Source of the DNA: Caldimicrobium thiodismutans
Lineage (GTDB): Bacteria; Desulfobacterota; Thermodesulfobacteria; Thermodesulfobacteriales; Thermodesulfobacteriaceae
Reading direction: 5' to 3'
NCBI RefSeq assembly: GCF_001548275.1
Contig: NZ_AP014945.1
Span: 900,001 to 932,000, forward strand
Length of the DNA: 32,000 nucleotides
Within the stretch, counting starts at the first letter, position 1; each line of letters opens with the position of its first letter. The notes under the pieces are model-generated. The model was given only the letters and a program-made list of their open reading frames with translations, ran no database searches and was not told where the DNA came from. Positions 1 to 10,056 of this stretch are shown here, in pieces. Position numbers and translations under genes: made by a program.

Positions 1-55
1 GCTCACTTCTAATCTTTTCAAAGCTTGAAATCCCGATGGGAAGGTTTTTCTCCAT
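1..55 (-). CDS. 5' end (partial, runs off the window) of an AAA-ATPase-like / PD-(D/E)XK-associated family protein
   Basis: The reverse complement of 1-55 reads ATG GAG AAA AAC CTT CCC ATC GGG ATT TCA AGC TTT GAA AAG ATT AGA AGT GAG = MEKNLPIGISSFEKIRSE. This resembles the characteristic N-terminus (LPIGIxxFEKIR) of the predicted AAA-ATPase family (PF09820-like). Only 18 codons are visible. Confidence 0.4.
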   Translation of the reverse strand, partial: MEKNLPIGISSFEKIRSE

Positions 56-148
56 AGCTTTATTTTAAGGCTTCTTTTTTCAAAAATCAATGTTAATCCT
101 TTTTTTATGCAATTCCTTTTTTTAAAAATAGTCAGTTTTCATCATTAA

Positions 149-300
149 TGTAGGGGCAGACCTAAGGTGTCTGCCCCATGTAGGGGTTTAAAATTTTAAA
201 CCTTGATTTCTGTAGGGGTTCAAAATCTTAAACCCCTACATTGATGCAAAAAACACATAGGTTTTCCAAAAGGGGGCAAACACACAGGTTTGCCCCTACA
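149..300. repeat. Cluster of four hairpin/palindrome units sharing a TGTAGGGG head (REP/BIME-like)
   Basis: Unit 1 (149-177): TGTAGGGGCAGAC-ctaaggt-GTCTGCCCC. Unit 2 (179-202): TGTAGGGGTTTAAAATTTTAAACC, with an 18-bp perfect palindrome at 185-202. Unit 3 (211-240): TGTAGGGGTT-caaaatctta-AACCCCTACA. Unit 4 (273-300): GGGGCAAAC-acacag-GTTTGCCCCTACA, which is unit 1 type in inverted orientation. A GTAG tetranucleotide followed by a GC-rich palindrome is the defining REP layout. Confidence 0.55.
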
Positions 301-436
301 AAATACAGGTTCATTTTCCTATAACAGAAGTAGTAGAAAAAATCCTATAGAATCTCAAAAGACCTGGACGCATACAGGGGCTTGGCAAATTCGGAATCTA
401 TATTAAATTTTTAAAAATCTATAAAACTTGCCCTAA

Positions 437-1474
437 TTGTTAACCTTGGGAAAGAGATTTAAATCAAATAAAGAGCGGATTCAGTGCTTTCTTAAGCTTT
501 TTGATAAAGGGGATCAGGTTCTGATTCTCTTTTGGGCAGATCCTGATGCCTTAGCCAGTGCCTTTGCCTTAAAGAAGATTCTTCAAGGGCGGGTCTCAAA
601 GGTCACCCTTTCAGCGGTAAATGAAATTAAACGCCTTAATAATTTGGTTATGGTGGAAATTTTAAAGATACCTTTAACTCCCTTTCAAAGAGAGTTTCTA
701 AAAATTTATCAAAAAATCATTTTAGTAGACTCCCAGCCTACGCACCATGAAGCCTTTAAAGAAATTCAATTTACAGCAGTAATTGACCATCATCCAGTCA
801 CAGAAGGCTGGTCAGCAGAGTATGTGGACTTGAGACCAAATTATGGGGCTACCTCAACTATCCTTTATGAATATTTGAAGACCCTACGCTTAAAGCCCAA
901 TGTCTTTCTTTCTACTGCCCTTATTTATGGTATAAAAACAGATACGGATAACTTTAAGAAAAGTGCTCAACTTCAGGATGTCCTTGCCTTTCAGAGGCTT
1001 TTTAAAAGAATGAACAAACACCTTCTCAATAAGATTGAGTCCTCCGATCTCAGAAGATCAGAACTCCGTTATTTCAAAACCGCCCTTCATAATCTAAAAT
1101 ATCAGGGTAATCGGGCTTTTACATATCTTGGAAAGGTTAGCAGTCCTGATGTTTTAGTATTAGTGGCTGATTTTTTGAATAAGGTATATGAGACTGCCTG
1201 GGTCTTTGTGGCTGGTGAATATAAAAAAAATCTTATAATTATTGTGAGGTGTGATGGTTATCGTAAAAATGCAGGAAAACTTGTAAGCAAACTCTTTAAA
1301 AATATAGGTCTGGCAGGGGGACATAGAGAGAAGGCTCGGGCAGAAATTCCCTTTGCCAATCTTTCTCTTGAGCCAGAAGAGTTTAGCACAGCTAGCCTTC
1401 TTAAGCTCTTTAAAAAATATTTTCCCTCTAAAGGAGCAAAAGAGAAACCATCTGTTGATGTTCCTCCAATTTAA
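437..1474 (+). CDS. DHH/DHHA1 family phosphoesterase (NrnA-like oligoribonuclease/pAp phosphatase class)
   Basis: 345-aa ORF with DPDALAS, a DHH motif (AVIDHHP), GIKTDT and a DHHA1 GGH motif (LAGGHREKA). The start is a TTG without an obvious SD, so the exact start is uncertain (alternative TTG at 446). Confidence 0.85.
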   Translation: MLTLGKRFKSNKERIQCFLKLFDKGDQVLILFWADPDALASAFALKKILQGRVSKVTLSAVNEIKRLNNLVMVEILKIPLTPFQREFLKIYQKIILVDSQPTHHEAFKEIQFTAVIDHHPVTEGWSAEYVDLRPNYGATSTILYEYLKTLRLKPNVFLSTALIYGIKTDTDNFKKSAQLQDVLAFQRLFKRMNKHLLNKIESSDLRRSELRYFKTALHNLKYQGNRAFTYLGKVSSPDVLVLVADFLNKVYETAWVFVAGEYKKNLIIIVRCDGYRKNAGKLVSKLFKNIGLAGGHREKARAEIPFANLSLEPEEFSTASLLKLFKKYFPSKGAKEKPSVDVPPI

Positions 1475-1510
1475 CATCTTCTTCTCTCCCTTTAAATTCA
1501 GCTCAATGGT

Positions 1511-1845
1511 TGTAATGCCTCATTTAATTTTCTGAAGGAAATTATTTTACCTCCCCCTCCTTTTTATGGTCAATTTTTTTCCCGATAATAATTCCCTTTT
1601 TTCTATAAATATGTTCTCTCAAGCATTTTCTGATTTCTCCTTATCTTTCTGCAAAGCTCCTTTACCTTTCCACCCGCTCTTTCTTTTGAAATAAGCTTTG
1701 CGAAAGAACTAAGCTCGTAAATTCAAGAAGGGTGAAATAGATAGTTTTATCGTGAAGGTTAAATGTAGGAGCTAATTTGGATTTAGAAGATTTTTTATAT
1801 GAGGCAACGATAAAATTTCGAATGGATTTTCAATGAGGCAATTCG
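1511..1845 (+). repeat. Copy A of a ~335-bp non-coding repeat bounded by imperfect terminal inverted repeats (MITE-like)
   Basis: Alignable by eye along its whole length with 28209-28545 in the same orientation. Roughly three quarters of positions are identical, with a few short indels. The left end is TGTAATGCCTCATTTA. The right end is TCAATGAGGCAATTCG, whose reverse complement is CGAATTGCCTCATTGA. The shared core is TGCCTCAT(T). No intact ORF. Confidence 0.6.
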
Positions 1846-1859
1846 GAGGTAATTCGTAG

Positions 1860-1888
1860 TTGCATATTTTGTGATAAATTAGTAAAAT
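1860..1888 (+). promoter_or_regulatory. Candidate sigma-70 promoter for obg
   Basis: TTGCAT (1860-1865), a 17-nt spacer, then TAAAAT (1883-1888). It lies about 24 nt upstream of the obg ATG (1912), with an AGGATAGG SD-like sequence between them. Confidence 0.4.
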
Positions 1889-1908
1889 CAAATTTAGTTA
1901 AAGGATAG

Positions 1909-4052
<2,144 letters not shown>

Positions 4053-4060
4053 AACTAAAT

Positions 4061-6601
4061 TTGCGTAAAAATATATATAGAGGAACCTTGAGAGACCTTA
4101 AAAATTTTTTCTTCATCCTTTGGATTTTATTTTTAATTTTATTTATTCAGAATGTTTATGCAGAACCAGAAGAGGCTTTAAAGACCTATACCTTTGGAAT
4201 TCTGGCTAAAAGAGGAGAAGAGGTTGAAAAGAATAGATTTTATAAATTGAAAGAATATTTAGAGAAGAATCTCCCTTATAAAATTCAGTTCCTTTTTCTC
4301 CCCTTTGAGGAGTTGAAAAAAAGAGCTTTAAAGGGAGAGATCAACTTCATCCTTACCAATCCCTATCAGGGAATAACCATAAAAGAGCTTGCGGATAAGG
4401 AGAATATTCACTTTAGGATTATCCTGAGTTTGGGACAATACGAAAAAGGAAAATATTATCCCTATTTTGGCGGAGTTATTTTTACTCGCAAGGGAAGTCC
4501 TATTAAAAGCCTTTCAGATATTAGAGGGAAGGTTTTTGGTGCAGTGAATCCCGAATCCTTTGGAGGTTATTTAATTGCCCTCTATGAACTCTATAAAGTT
4601 GGAATCTCAGAAAAGGAGATCAGGCCTAAATTTTATGGAACTCACGATGCAGTAGTGAAAGCAGTTTTAAAGGGTGAGGTTCCAGTTGGAACTGCACGCA
4701 CAGGCGTGATAGAGAGGATGATTTCCTCTGGGGAACTTTCTATTAAGGAAATTGAAATTCTTAATCAGAAGGTCTATCCTGAATTCCCACTTTTAATCAG
4801 TTCTCCCCTTTATCCCGAGTGGCCAATCCTTGCTCTGGAAGGAACTCCTCAAAAAGTAATTAAGGATCTGGCAAGGGTCTTACTCGAGATAGAAGAGAAA
4901 AGTTCTTTAGCAATGGCAACAGAGGCTATCTTTTATCTCCCCTTTGATTACACTCCTGTGAATAAACTTCTTTTAGATCTTATGAAGGGGCCTTATGTAG
5001 AGTTGAAAGAGTTTTATTTTCAACGCTTTAAAGAAAAATATACCCCTTATTTTATAACCCTATTGTTAATCTTTATAATCTTTTTAGGTTTGCTTGCTTA
5101 TGGTCTTTTTCAGAGAAACAGACTTCTTAAGACTGCCAAATCTGACCTGGAAAAGGAAAAGGCCTTTTTAGATACAGTGCTTAAGCATACAGATTTTATG
5201 GTCTTTTATCTATCACCAGAAGGACATGTTATTTGGGCAAATCAAAAGGGACAAAGAATCTGTTTAGATGAAGACAATTCTACGGAACCTCTTTGGGAGA
5301 TCTGCCCTTATATTAACCGGATGGACAGATTAAAGAATCTTTTTGAAAAAAAAGAACTAACAAAAGATTATTATAATTTTGTGGAAACTATAATTCTTGA
5401 GGATGTGGAAAAAACCTTTGAGGGAGAACTTATTCCCTTGAAAAAAGGGCAGGATCTGGAAGGTATTTTATTCTTCCTAAGGGATATCTCAGAAAAGGTA
5501 ATTATGGAAAAACAAAAAATATATCTTGAAAAGTTGAATGTCTTGAAAAATGTAGCAGGTGGGCTTGCCCATGACTTTAATAATAGTCTCCTTGGGGTGA
5601 TCAACCAGATTGAACTTTTGAAAACTAAATTGAATCAAAAAAGGCTCTCAAGAGAGATTAAAAATCTCTTTGAGGGAATTCAAGATAGTCTTATGAGTTT
5701 GAGAATTTTAGGGAGAGAGCTCCTCACTCTGGTTAGAGGTGAGGCTCCAGTCAAAGAAAAGGTTAACTTTGGAGACCTTATTAGGGATTATACAAAGCTT
5801 GCTTTAGCCGGAAAGCATGGCTATGAGGTCTTTTATGAAATCGAAAGTCCTCTTCCGGCTGTTGAAGTGGACAAAGAGCTTTTCTCCATCCTTTGGATGA
5901 ATCTTGTGTTAAATGCTATTGAAGCTATGCCCAGAGGTGGAAGAATCTTTATTAAGGTAAAGCCTAAAACCAAAAATGGAGACACCTTTCTTGAGGTCTC
6001 AATTCGTGATGAAGGCTCAGGCATTGAAGAAAAGTATTTACCTTATATCTTTGAGCCCTTCTTTACTACTAAAGCTGGAGGATCAGGTCTTGGCCTCTAT
6101 GTGGTAAAAGAGGTGGTGAAGGCTCATAACGGAGAAATAGAGGTTCACTCTAAGGTGGGTGAAGGAACAACCTTTAAAATAGAACTTCCTACCCTTAAAG
6201 GAGAGCTCATTCCCACTTTCAAACCTCAAAAATTAACCTCCAAGCGCATTCTTCTTATGGATGACGATGATCTAATTAGAGATACCCTTAAAGAACTTTT
6301 ACAATCCTTTGATTATGAGGTTGAAACAGCTCCAGATGGCGAAAGCGCCATAAAGTTTTTTACAGAGGCCCTTAGAGAGGGTAAACCCTTTGACTATGCT
6401 ATTTTTGATTTAATTGTGCCGGGAAAATTAAATGGTTTTGAGACCTATCAAAGGATTAAGGAATTGTATCCTGAGGTCCAGGCTATCTTAATAAGTGGCT
6501 ATTTTGATGAACCGGTTATACACAATTATAAAGCCTATGGCTTAAAAGGTGCATTAATAAAGCCCTTTACTATTCAACAACTTCTTGAACTCTTGGAATA
6601 A
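4061..6601 (+). CDS. Hybrid sensor histidine kinase: signal peptide, periplasmic PhnD-like (phosphonate/oxyanion SBP-fold) domain, TM, PAS-like region, HisKA, HATPase_c, C-terminal receiver
   Basis: Signal-like FFFILWILFLILFIQNVYA|EPEE. The periplasmic segment (YTFGIL...FGGYLIALYEL...GTHDAVVKAVLKGEVPVGTAR) looks like the PF12974 SBP fold. A second TM is FITLLLIFIIFLGLLAYGLF. H-box GGLAHDFNNSLLG, N-box LNAIEAM, G-boxes DEGSGI and GGSGLGL. The receiver has DDDD, FDLIVPG, ISGY and KPF. No ATG start is available: TTG at 4061 or TTG at 4088, the latter preceded by AGAGGA. Confidence 0.9.
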   Translation: MRKNIYRGTLRDLKNFFFILWILFLILFIQNVYAEPEEALKTYTFGILAKRGEEVEKNRFYKLKEYLEKNLPYKIQFLFLPFEELKKRALKGEINFILTNPYQGITIKELADKENIHFRIILSLGQYEKGKYYPYFGGVIFTRKGSPIKSLSDIRGKVFGAVNPESFGGYLIALYELYKVGISEKEIRPKFYGTHDAVVKAVLKGEVPVGTARTGVIERMISSGELSIKEIEILNQKVYPEFPLLISSPLYPEWPILALEGTPQKVIKDLARVLLEIEEKSSLAMATEAIFYLPFDYTPVNKLLLDLMKGPYVELKEFYFQRFKEKYTPYFITLLLIFIIFLGLLAYGLFQRNRLLKTAKSDLEKEKAFLDTVLKHTDFMVFYLSPEGHVIWANQKGQRICLDEDNSTEPLWEICPYINRMDRLKNLFEKKELTKDYYNFVETIILEDVEKTFEGELIPLKKGQDLEGILFFLRDISEKVIMEKQKIYLEKLNVLKNVAGGLAHDFNNSLLGVINQIELLKTKLNQKRLSREIKNLFEGIQDSLMSLRILGRELLTLVRGEAPVKEKVNFGDLIRDYTKLALAGKHGYEVFYEIESPLPAVEVDKELFSILWMNLVLNAIEAMPRGGRIFIKVKPKTKNGDTFLEVSIRDEGSGIEEKYLPYIFEPFFTTKAGGSGLGLYVVKEVVKAHNGEIEVHSKVGEGTTFKIELPTLKGELIPTFKPQKLTSKRILLMDDDDLIRDTLKELLQSFDYEVETAPDGESAIKFFTEALREGKPFDYAIFDLIVPGKLNGFETYQRIKELYPEVQAILISGYFDEPVIHNYKAYGLKGALIKPFTIQQLLELLE

Positions 6602-6621
6602 TTTCAAGGGAGGGGGTAAGA

Positions 6622-9600
6622 GTGGCAGATTTTGTTCATCTCCATCTCCATACGGAGTGGAGCCTTCTTGATGGAGCAATAAGGATTGAGGATCTGGTAA
6701 AAAGGCTTGCAGAATATAAGATGCCAGGGTGTGCTATTACTGACCATGGGACACTTTATGGATTGATTCATTTTTATAATAAACTAAGGGGAGCAGGTCT
6801 TAAACCTCTTTTGGGATGTGAATTTTATGTAGCAGAGGGATCCCGTTTTCAGAAAAAAACTAACCGCAAAGGTGAGGCTGGAAGACATCTTATCCTTATA
6901 GCTAAAAATGAAGAGGGCTACAAAAATCTAATCAAACTTGGAAGCCGGGCTTATCTGGAGGGATTTTATTATAGACCTCGCATAGATAAAGAATTATTGA
7001 TGGAATTTCATCAGGGACTAATCTGTCTTTCCGCTTGCCTTGAAGGGGAAATTCCTCACTTACTTTTACAGGGCCTTATGGATCAGGCTATTGAATCTGC
7101 CCAGTTTTATAAAAATCTCTTTGGAGAAGATTTTTATCTTGAGCTTCAAAAAAATGGCCTTTCCGAACAGGAAAAGGTTAATACCGGTCTTCTTGAAATT
7201 TCTGAAAAATTGGGAATCAAAGTGGTTGCTACCGCTGATTGTCATTACTTAGATAAGGAGGATGCCTTTGCTCATGAGGTCTTGCTCTGCATTCAGACAG
7301 GAAAGACTTTAAATGATACCGATCGTTTCAAGTTTAACACAGATCAACTTTATCTGGCAAGTGCTGAGGAGATGGAGGCTCGCTTCAATGAGTTTCCCCG
7401 TGAAATTTTGGAGAATACCATAGAGGTCTTTGAGAAGGTTAATTTAGAGCTTAAATTCGGGACTCCTCTTTTTCCAAAGGCAAGAATTCCAGAGGGAGTG
7501 ACTGAGGTAGATTATTTCATTCAAAAGGCAAGAGAGGGACTTTCTAAAAGACTTAAGGAACTCAAGGAAAAGAAACTTCTTTTTACTGAAGAAAGGGCAT
7601 ACTGGGATCGTTTAGAGATGGAGCTTGAGGTGATTGTGGAAAAGGGCTATGCAGGATATTTTCTGATAGTTGCGGATTTTTGTGAGTGGGCCAAATCTCA
7701 GGGAATACCTGTTGGGCCTGGAAGAGGTTCTGCAGCTGGAGCACTCACAAGTTATGCCCTTGGAATAACAAATCTTGATCCCTTGAGATATGGACTTCTT
7801 TTTGAGCGTTTCCTCAATAAAGAAAGACCCAGTCTTCCAGATATTGATGTAGATTTTTGCATGGAGGGTAGAGACAGGGTCATTGAATATGTAGCCAAGA
7901 CCTATGGGGAAAGCCACATTTCAAAGATTGCAACCTTTGGTCAGATGAAGGCCCGTCAGGTTATAAGAGATGTAGGTAGAGCCCTTGGATTTAAACCCAA
8001 GGAGATTGATCCTATTGCTAAAATGATTTCAGCTGGACCGGAGGTCAAACTCTTTAAAGAAGTGGAAAGACCGGAGCTTAAGGAATTGATGGAAAAAAAC
8101 GAAAAGATCAGGGAACTTTTTACCTTAGCTCTTAAGCTTGAGGGTCTCCCAAGACATGCCAGTCAACATGCAGCTGGAGTTTTGATAAGCTCTTTACCCC
8201 TTGAAGAAATTACGCCTTTAATGAAAATTGAAGAAGGAGATAGGGTAGCCCAGTTTGATATGAAGGCCTGTGAGGCCCTTGGGTTGATTAAATTTGATTT
8301 TTTGGGATTAAAGACCCTAACCATCATTGATAATACCTTAAAGGCCTTAAAGGAGTACGAAAGCATTGACCTTGATTTAAACTCCCTTCCCCTTGATGAT
8401 CCAAAAACCTTTAAGCTCCTTCAGGAGGGAGAAACAGATGGTGTCTTCCAATTAGAATCTGAGGGAATGAAAGATTTACTAAGAAGGCTTAGACCAACAG
8501 ATTTTAATGACCTTATTGCTGTTCTTGCTTTATACAGGCCTGGGCCTCTTGAAGGTGGTCTTGTTGAGCAATACATAGAAACAAAACACGGAAGACGCAA
8601 ACCAGAATATCTTCATCCTTTGCTGGAACCCATTTTGAAAGAAACTTATGGGGTTATTGTTTATCAGGAACAGGTGATGGAGATAGCCAGAGCCTTTGCT
8701 GGATACTCCCTTGGTGAGGCAGATCTTCTACGGCGCGCTATGGGTAAAAAGGACAAAGAGCTCATGCAGAGACTAAAAAATGACTTTGTGGAGCGCTCTA
8801 TAGAGAGAGGGATCCCAAGAGAAGTTGCTGAAAAGGTCTTTGAATTGATGGAAAAGTTTGCAGAATATGGTTTTAATAAAAGCCATTCCGCAGCCTATGC
8901 CCTTCTTTCTTATCAAACTGCCTATCTTAAGGCTCATTACCCAGTCTATTTTTTAGCCTCTATTCTTACTTACGAAATAAATAAGAGTGAAGAGGTAAGT
9001 AAATACCTTTCTTTGGCTGAAAAAATGGGTATCCCCATACTTCCTCCAGAAATTAATTTAAGTTCAGCAGGATTTTCAGTTGAAAAATCTGCTATAAGAA
9101 TTGGCCTACAAGCAGTTAAAAATGTTGGAGAAGAGGCTGTTCAAGAAATCATCCGTAAAAGACCGTATAAGGATTTTATTGATTTTTGTCAAAAGATAGA
9201 TACACAGAAGGTAAATCGTAAGACCATTGAGACCCTTATTAAGGCTGGAGCCTTTGACAGCATAGAGCCTGTAAGGGCAAAGTTGCTGGCTAATCTTCAT
9301 AGGATACTTGGGTTTACTCAAGAGAGTAAAGCTGGCTCTCTTTTTGGACAAAATAACCTTTTAAACCTAAACCTATCTGCAACTTTGAGGCTTGAAGAGG
9401 CTCCTGAATGGAGCCCTGAGGAAAAACTTAACTTTGAAAAAGAGGCCTTAGGTTTTTATCTTTCAGATCATCCTTTGAGAAGATTCCGTCCTATAGTAGA
9501 AATCTTTACACCCTTTCATCTGGATAATGTAAAAGAATTAAAAAACGGTGGAAAAATTATTCTTTGTGCCTTGATCTCAGAGATAAAACTTAAAAATACA

Positions 9601-10056
9601 AGAAGTGGAAACAAAATGGCTCTTTTAAACTTAGAAGACGAATTTTCCAAACTTAAAGCCTTACTTTTTCCTGAAGTTTACAGGGAATATATGAACCTTC
9701 TCAAAGAATCAGCTCTTTTGTGGTTTAAAGGTTATATAGATAATGAAGAGGATAACTTTACCTTTTTAGTTGAAGAGCTTAAACCCTTTGAAGATTTAAG
9801 TTTTTTCATAGAGGGTATAATGAAACTTCACATAGAACATACCCTAATTACAGAGGAAAACCTCCTGAGAATAAGAGATTCTATAAAAGAGATAGAAGAA
9901 CAAGAAAAAGGTCTTCCATTACGCCTTATTCTTGAATATCCTGATTGTTTAGTGTATTTTGAACCTAATGGGTATAAAATACCCCTAAACCTGGCCTTTC
10001 TTGAAATCTTTCTTGAGAATTTTGAAGGTCTAAAGCTTAAATTTGAGAATATATGA
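6622..10056 (+). CDS. dnaE: DNA polymerase III alpha subunit
   Basis: 1144 aa. The PHP domain begins FVHLHLHTEWSLLDGA, followed by the GPGRGSAAGALTSYALGITNLDP, DIDVDF, QFDM..LGLIKFDFLGL and YRPGP motifs and a C-terminal OB-fold region. GTG start preceded by GGGAGGGGG. Confidence 0.97.
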   Translation: MADFVHLHLHTEWSLLDGAIRIEDLVKRLAEYKMPGCAITDHGTLYGLIHFYNKLRGAGLKPLLGCEFYVAEGSRFQKKTNRKGEAGRHLILIAKNEEGYKNLIKLGSRAYLEGFYYRPRIDKELLMEFHQGLICLSACLEGEIPHLLLQGLMDQAIESAQFYKNLFGEDFYLELQKNGLSEQEKVNTGLLEISEKLGIKVVATADCHYLDKEDAFAHEVLLCIQTGKTLNDTDRFKFNTDQLYLASAEEMEARFNEFPREILENTIEVFEKVNLELKFGTPLFPKARIPEGVTEVDYFIQKAREGLSKRLKELKEKKLLFTEERAYWDRLEMELEVIVEKGYAGYFLIVADFCEWAKSQGIPVGPGRGSAAGALTSYALGITNLDPLRYGLLFERFLNKERPSLPDIDVDFCMEGRDRVIEYVAKTYGESHISKIATFGQMKARQVIRDVGRALGFKPKEIDPIAKMISAGPEVKLFKEVERPELKELMEKNEKIRELFTLALKLEGLPRHASQHAAGVLISSLPLEEITPLMKIEEGDRVAQFDMKACEALGLIKFDFLGLKTLTIIDNTLKALKEYESIDLDLNSLPLDDPKTFKLLQEGETDGVFQLESEGMKDLLRRLRPTDFNDLIAVLALYRPGPLEGGLVEQYIETKHGRRKPEYLHPLLEPILKETYGVIVYQEQVMEIARAFAGYSLGEADLLRRAMGKKDKELMQRLKNDFVERSIERGIPREVAEKVFELMEKFAEYGFNKSHSAAYALLSYQTAYLKAHYPVYFLASILTYEINKSEEVSKYLSLAEKMGIPILPPEINLSSAGFSVEKSAIRIGLQAVKNVGEEAVQEIIRKRPYKDFIDFCQKIDTQKVNRKTIETLIKAGAFDSIEPVRAKLLANLHRILGFTQESKAGSLFGQNNLLNLNLSATLRLEEAPEWSPEEKLNFEKEALGFYLSDHPLRRFRPIVEIFTPFHLDNVKELKNGGKIILCALISEIKLKNTRSGNKMALLNLEDEFSKLKALLFPEVYREYMNLLKESALLWFKGYIDNEEDNFTFLVEELKPFEDLSFFIEGIMKLHIEHTLITEENLLRIRDSIKEIEEQEKGLPLRLILEYPDCLVYFEPNGYKIPLNLAFLEIFLENFEGLKLKFENI

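Noticed and set aside
149-300. Possibility that the hairpin cluster is a small CRISPR array or a tRNA-like gene
   Set aside because: The repeat units differ in sequence and orientation, and their spacing is irregular with no uniform spacers. No cloverleaf can be drawn. The GTAG-plus-palindrome layout fits REP elements better.
1475-1510. Looked for a terminator hairpin after the DHH gene
   Set aside because: No convincing GC-rich stem followed by a T-tract is present between the stop codon and the left end of the repeat element.
1160-1535. ORFs 1160-1477 (-) and 1353-1535 (+) overlapping the end of the DHH gene
   Set aside because: They are antisense or out of frame relative to a well-supported CDS and have no motifs. 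The + ORF merely runs into the left end of the repeat element. Both copies of the repeat contain ATGCCTCATTTA..., which looks like TIR sequence rather than a conserved micro-ORF.
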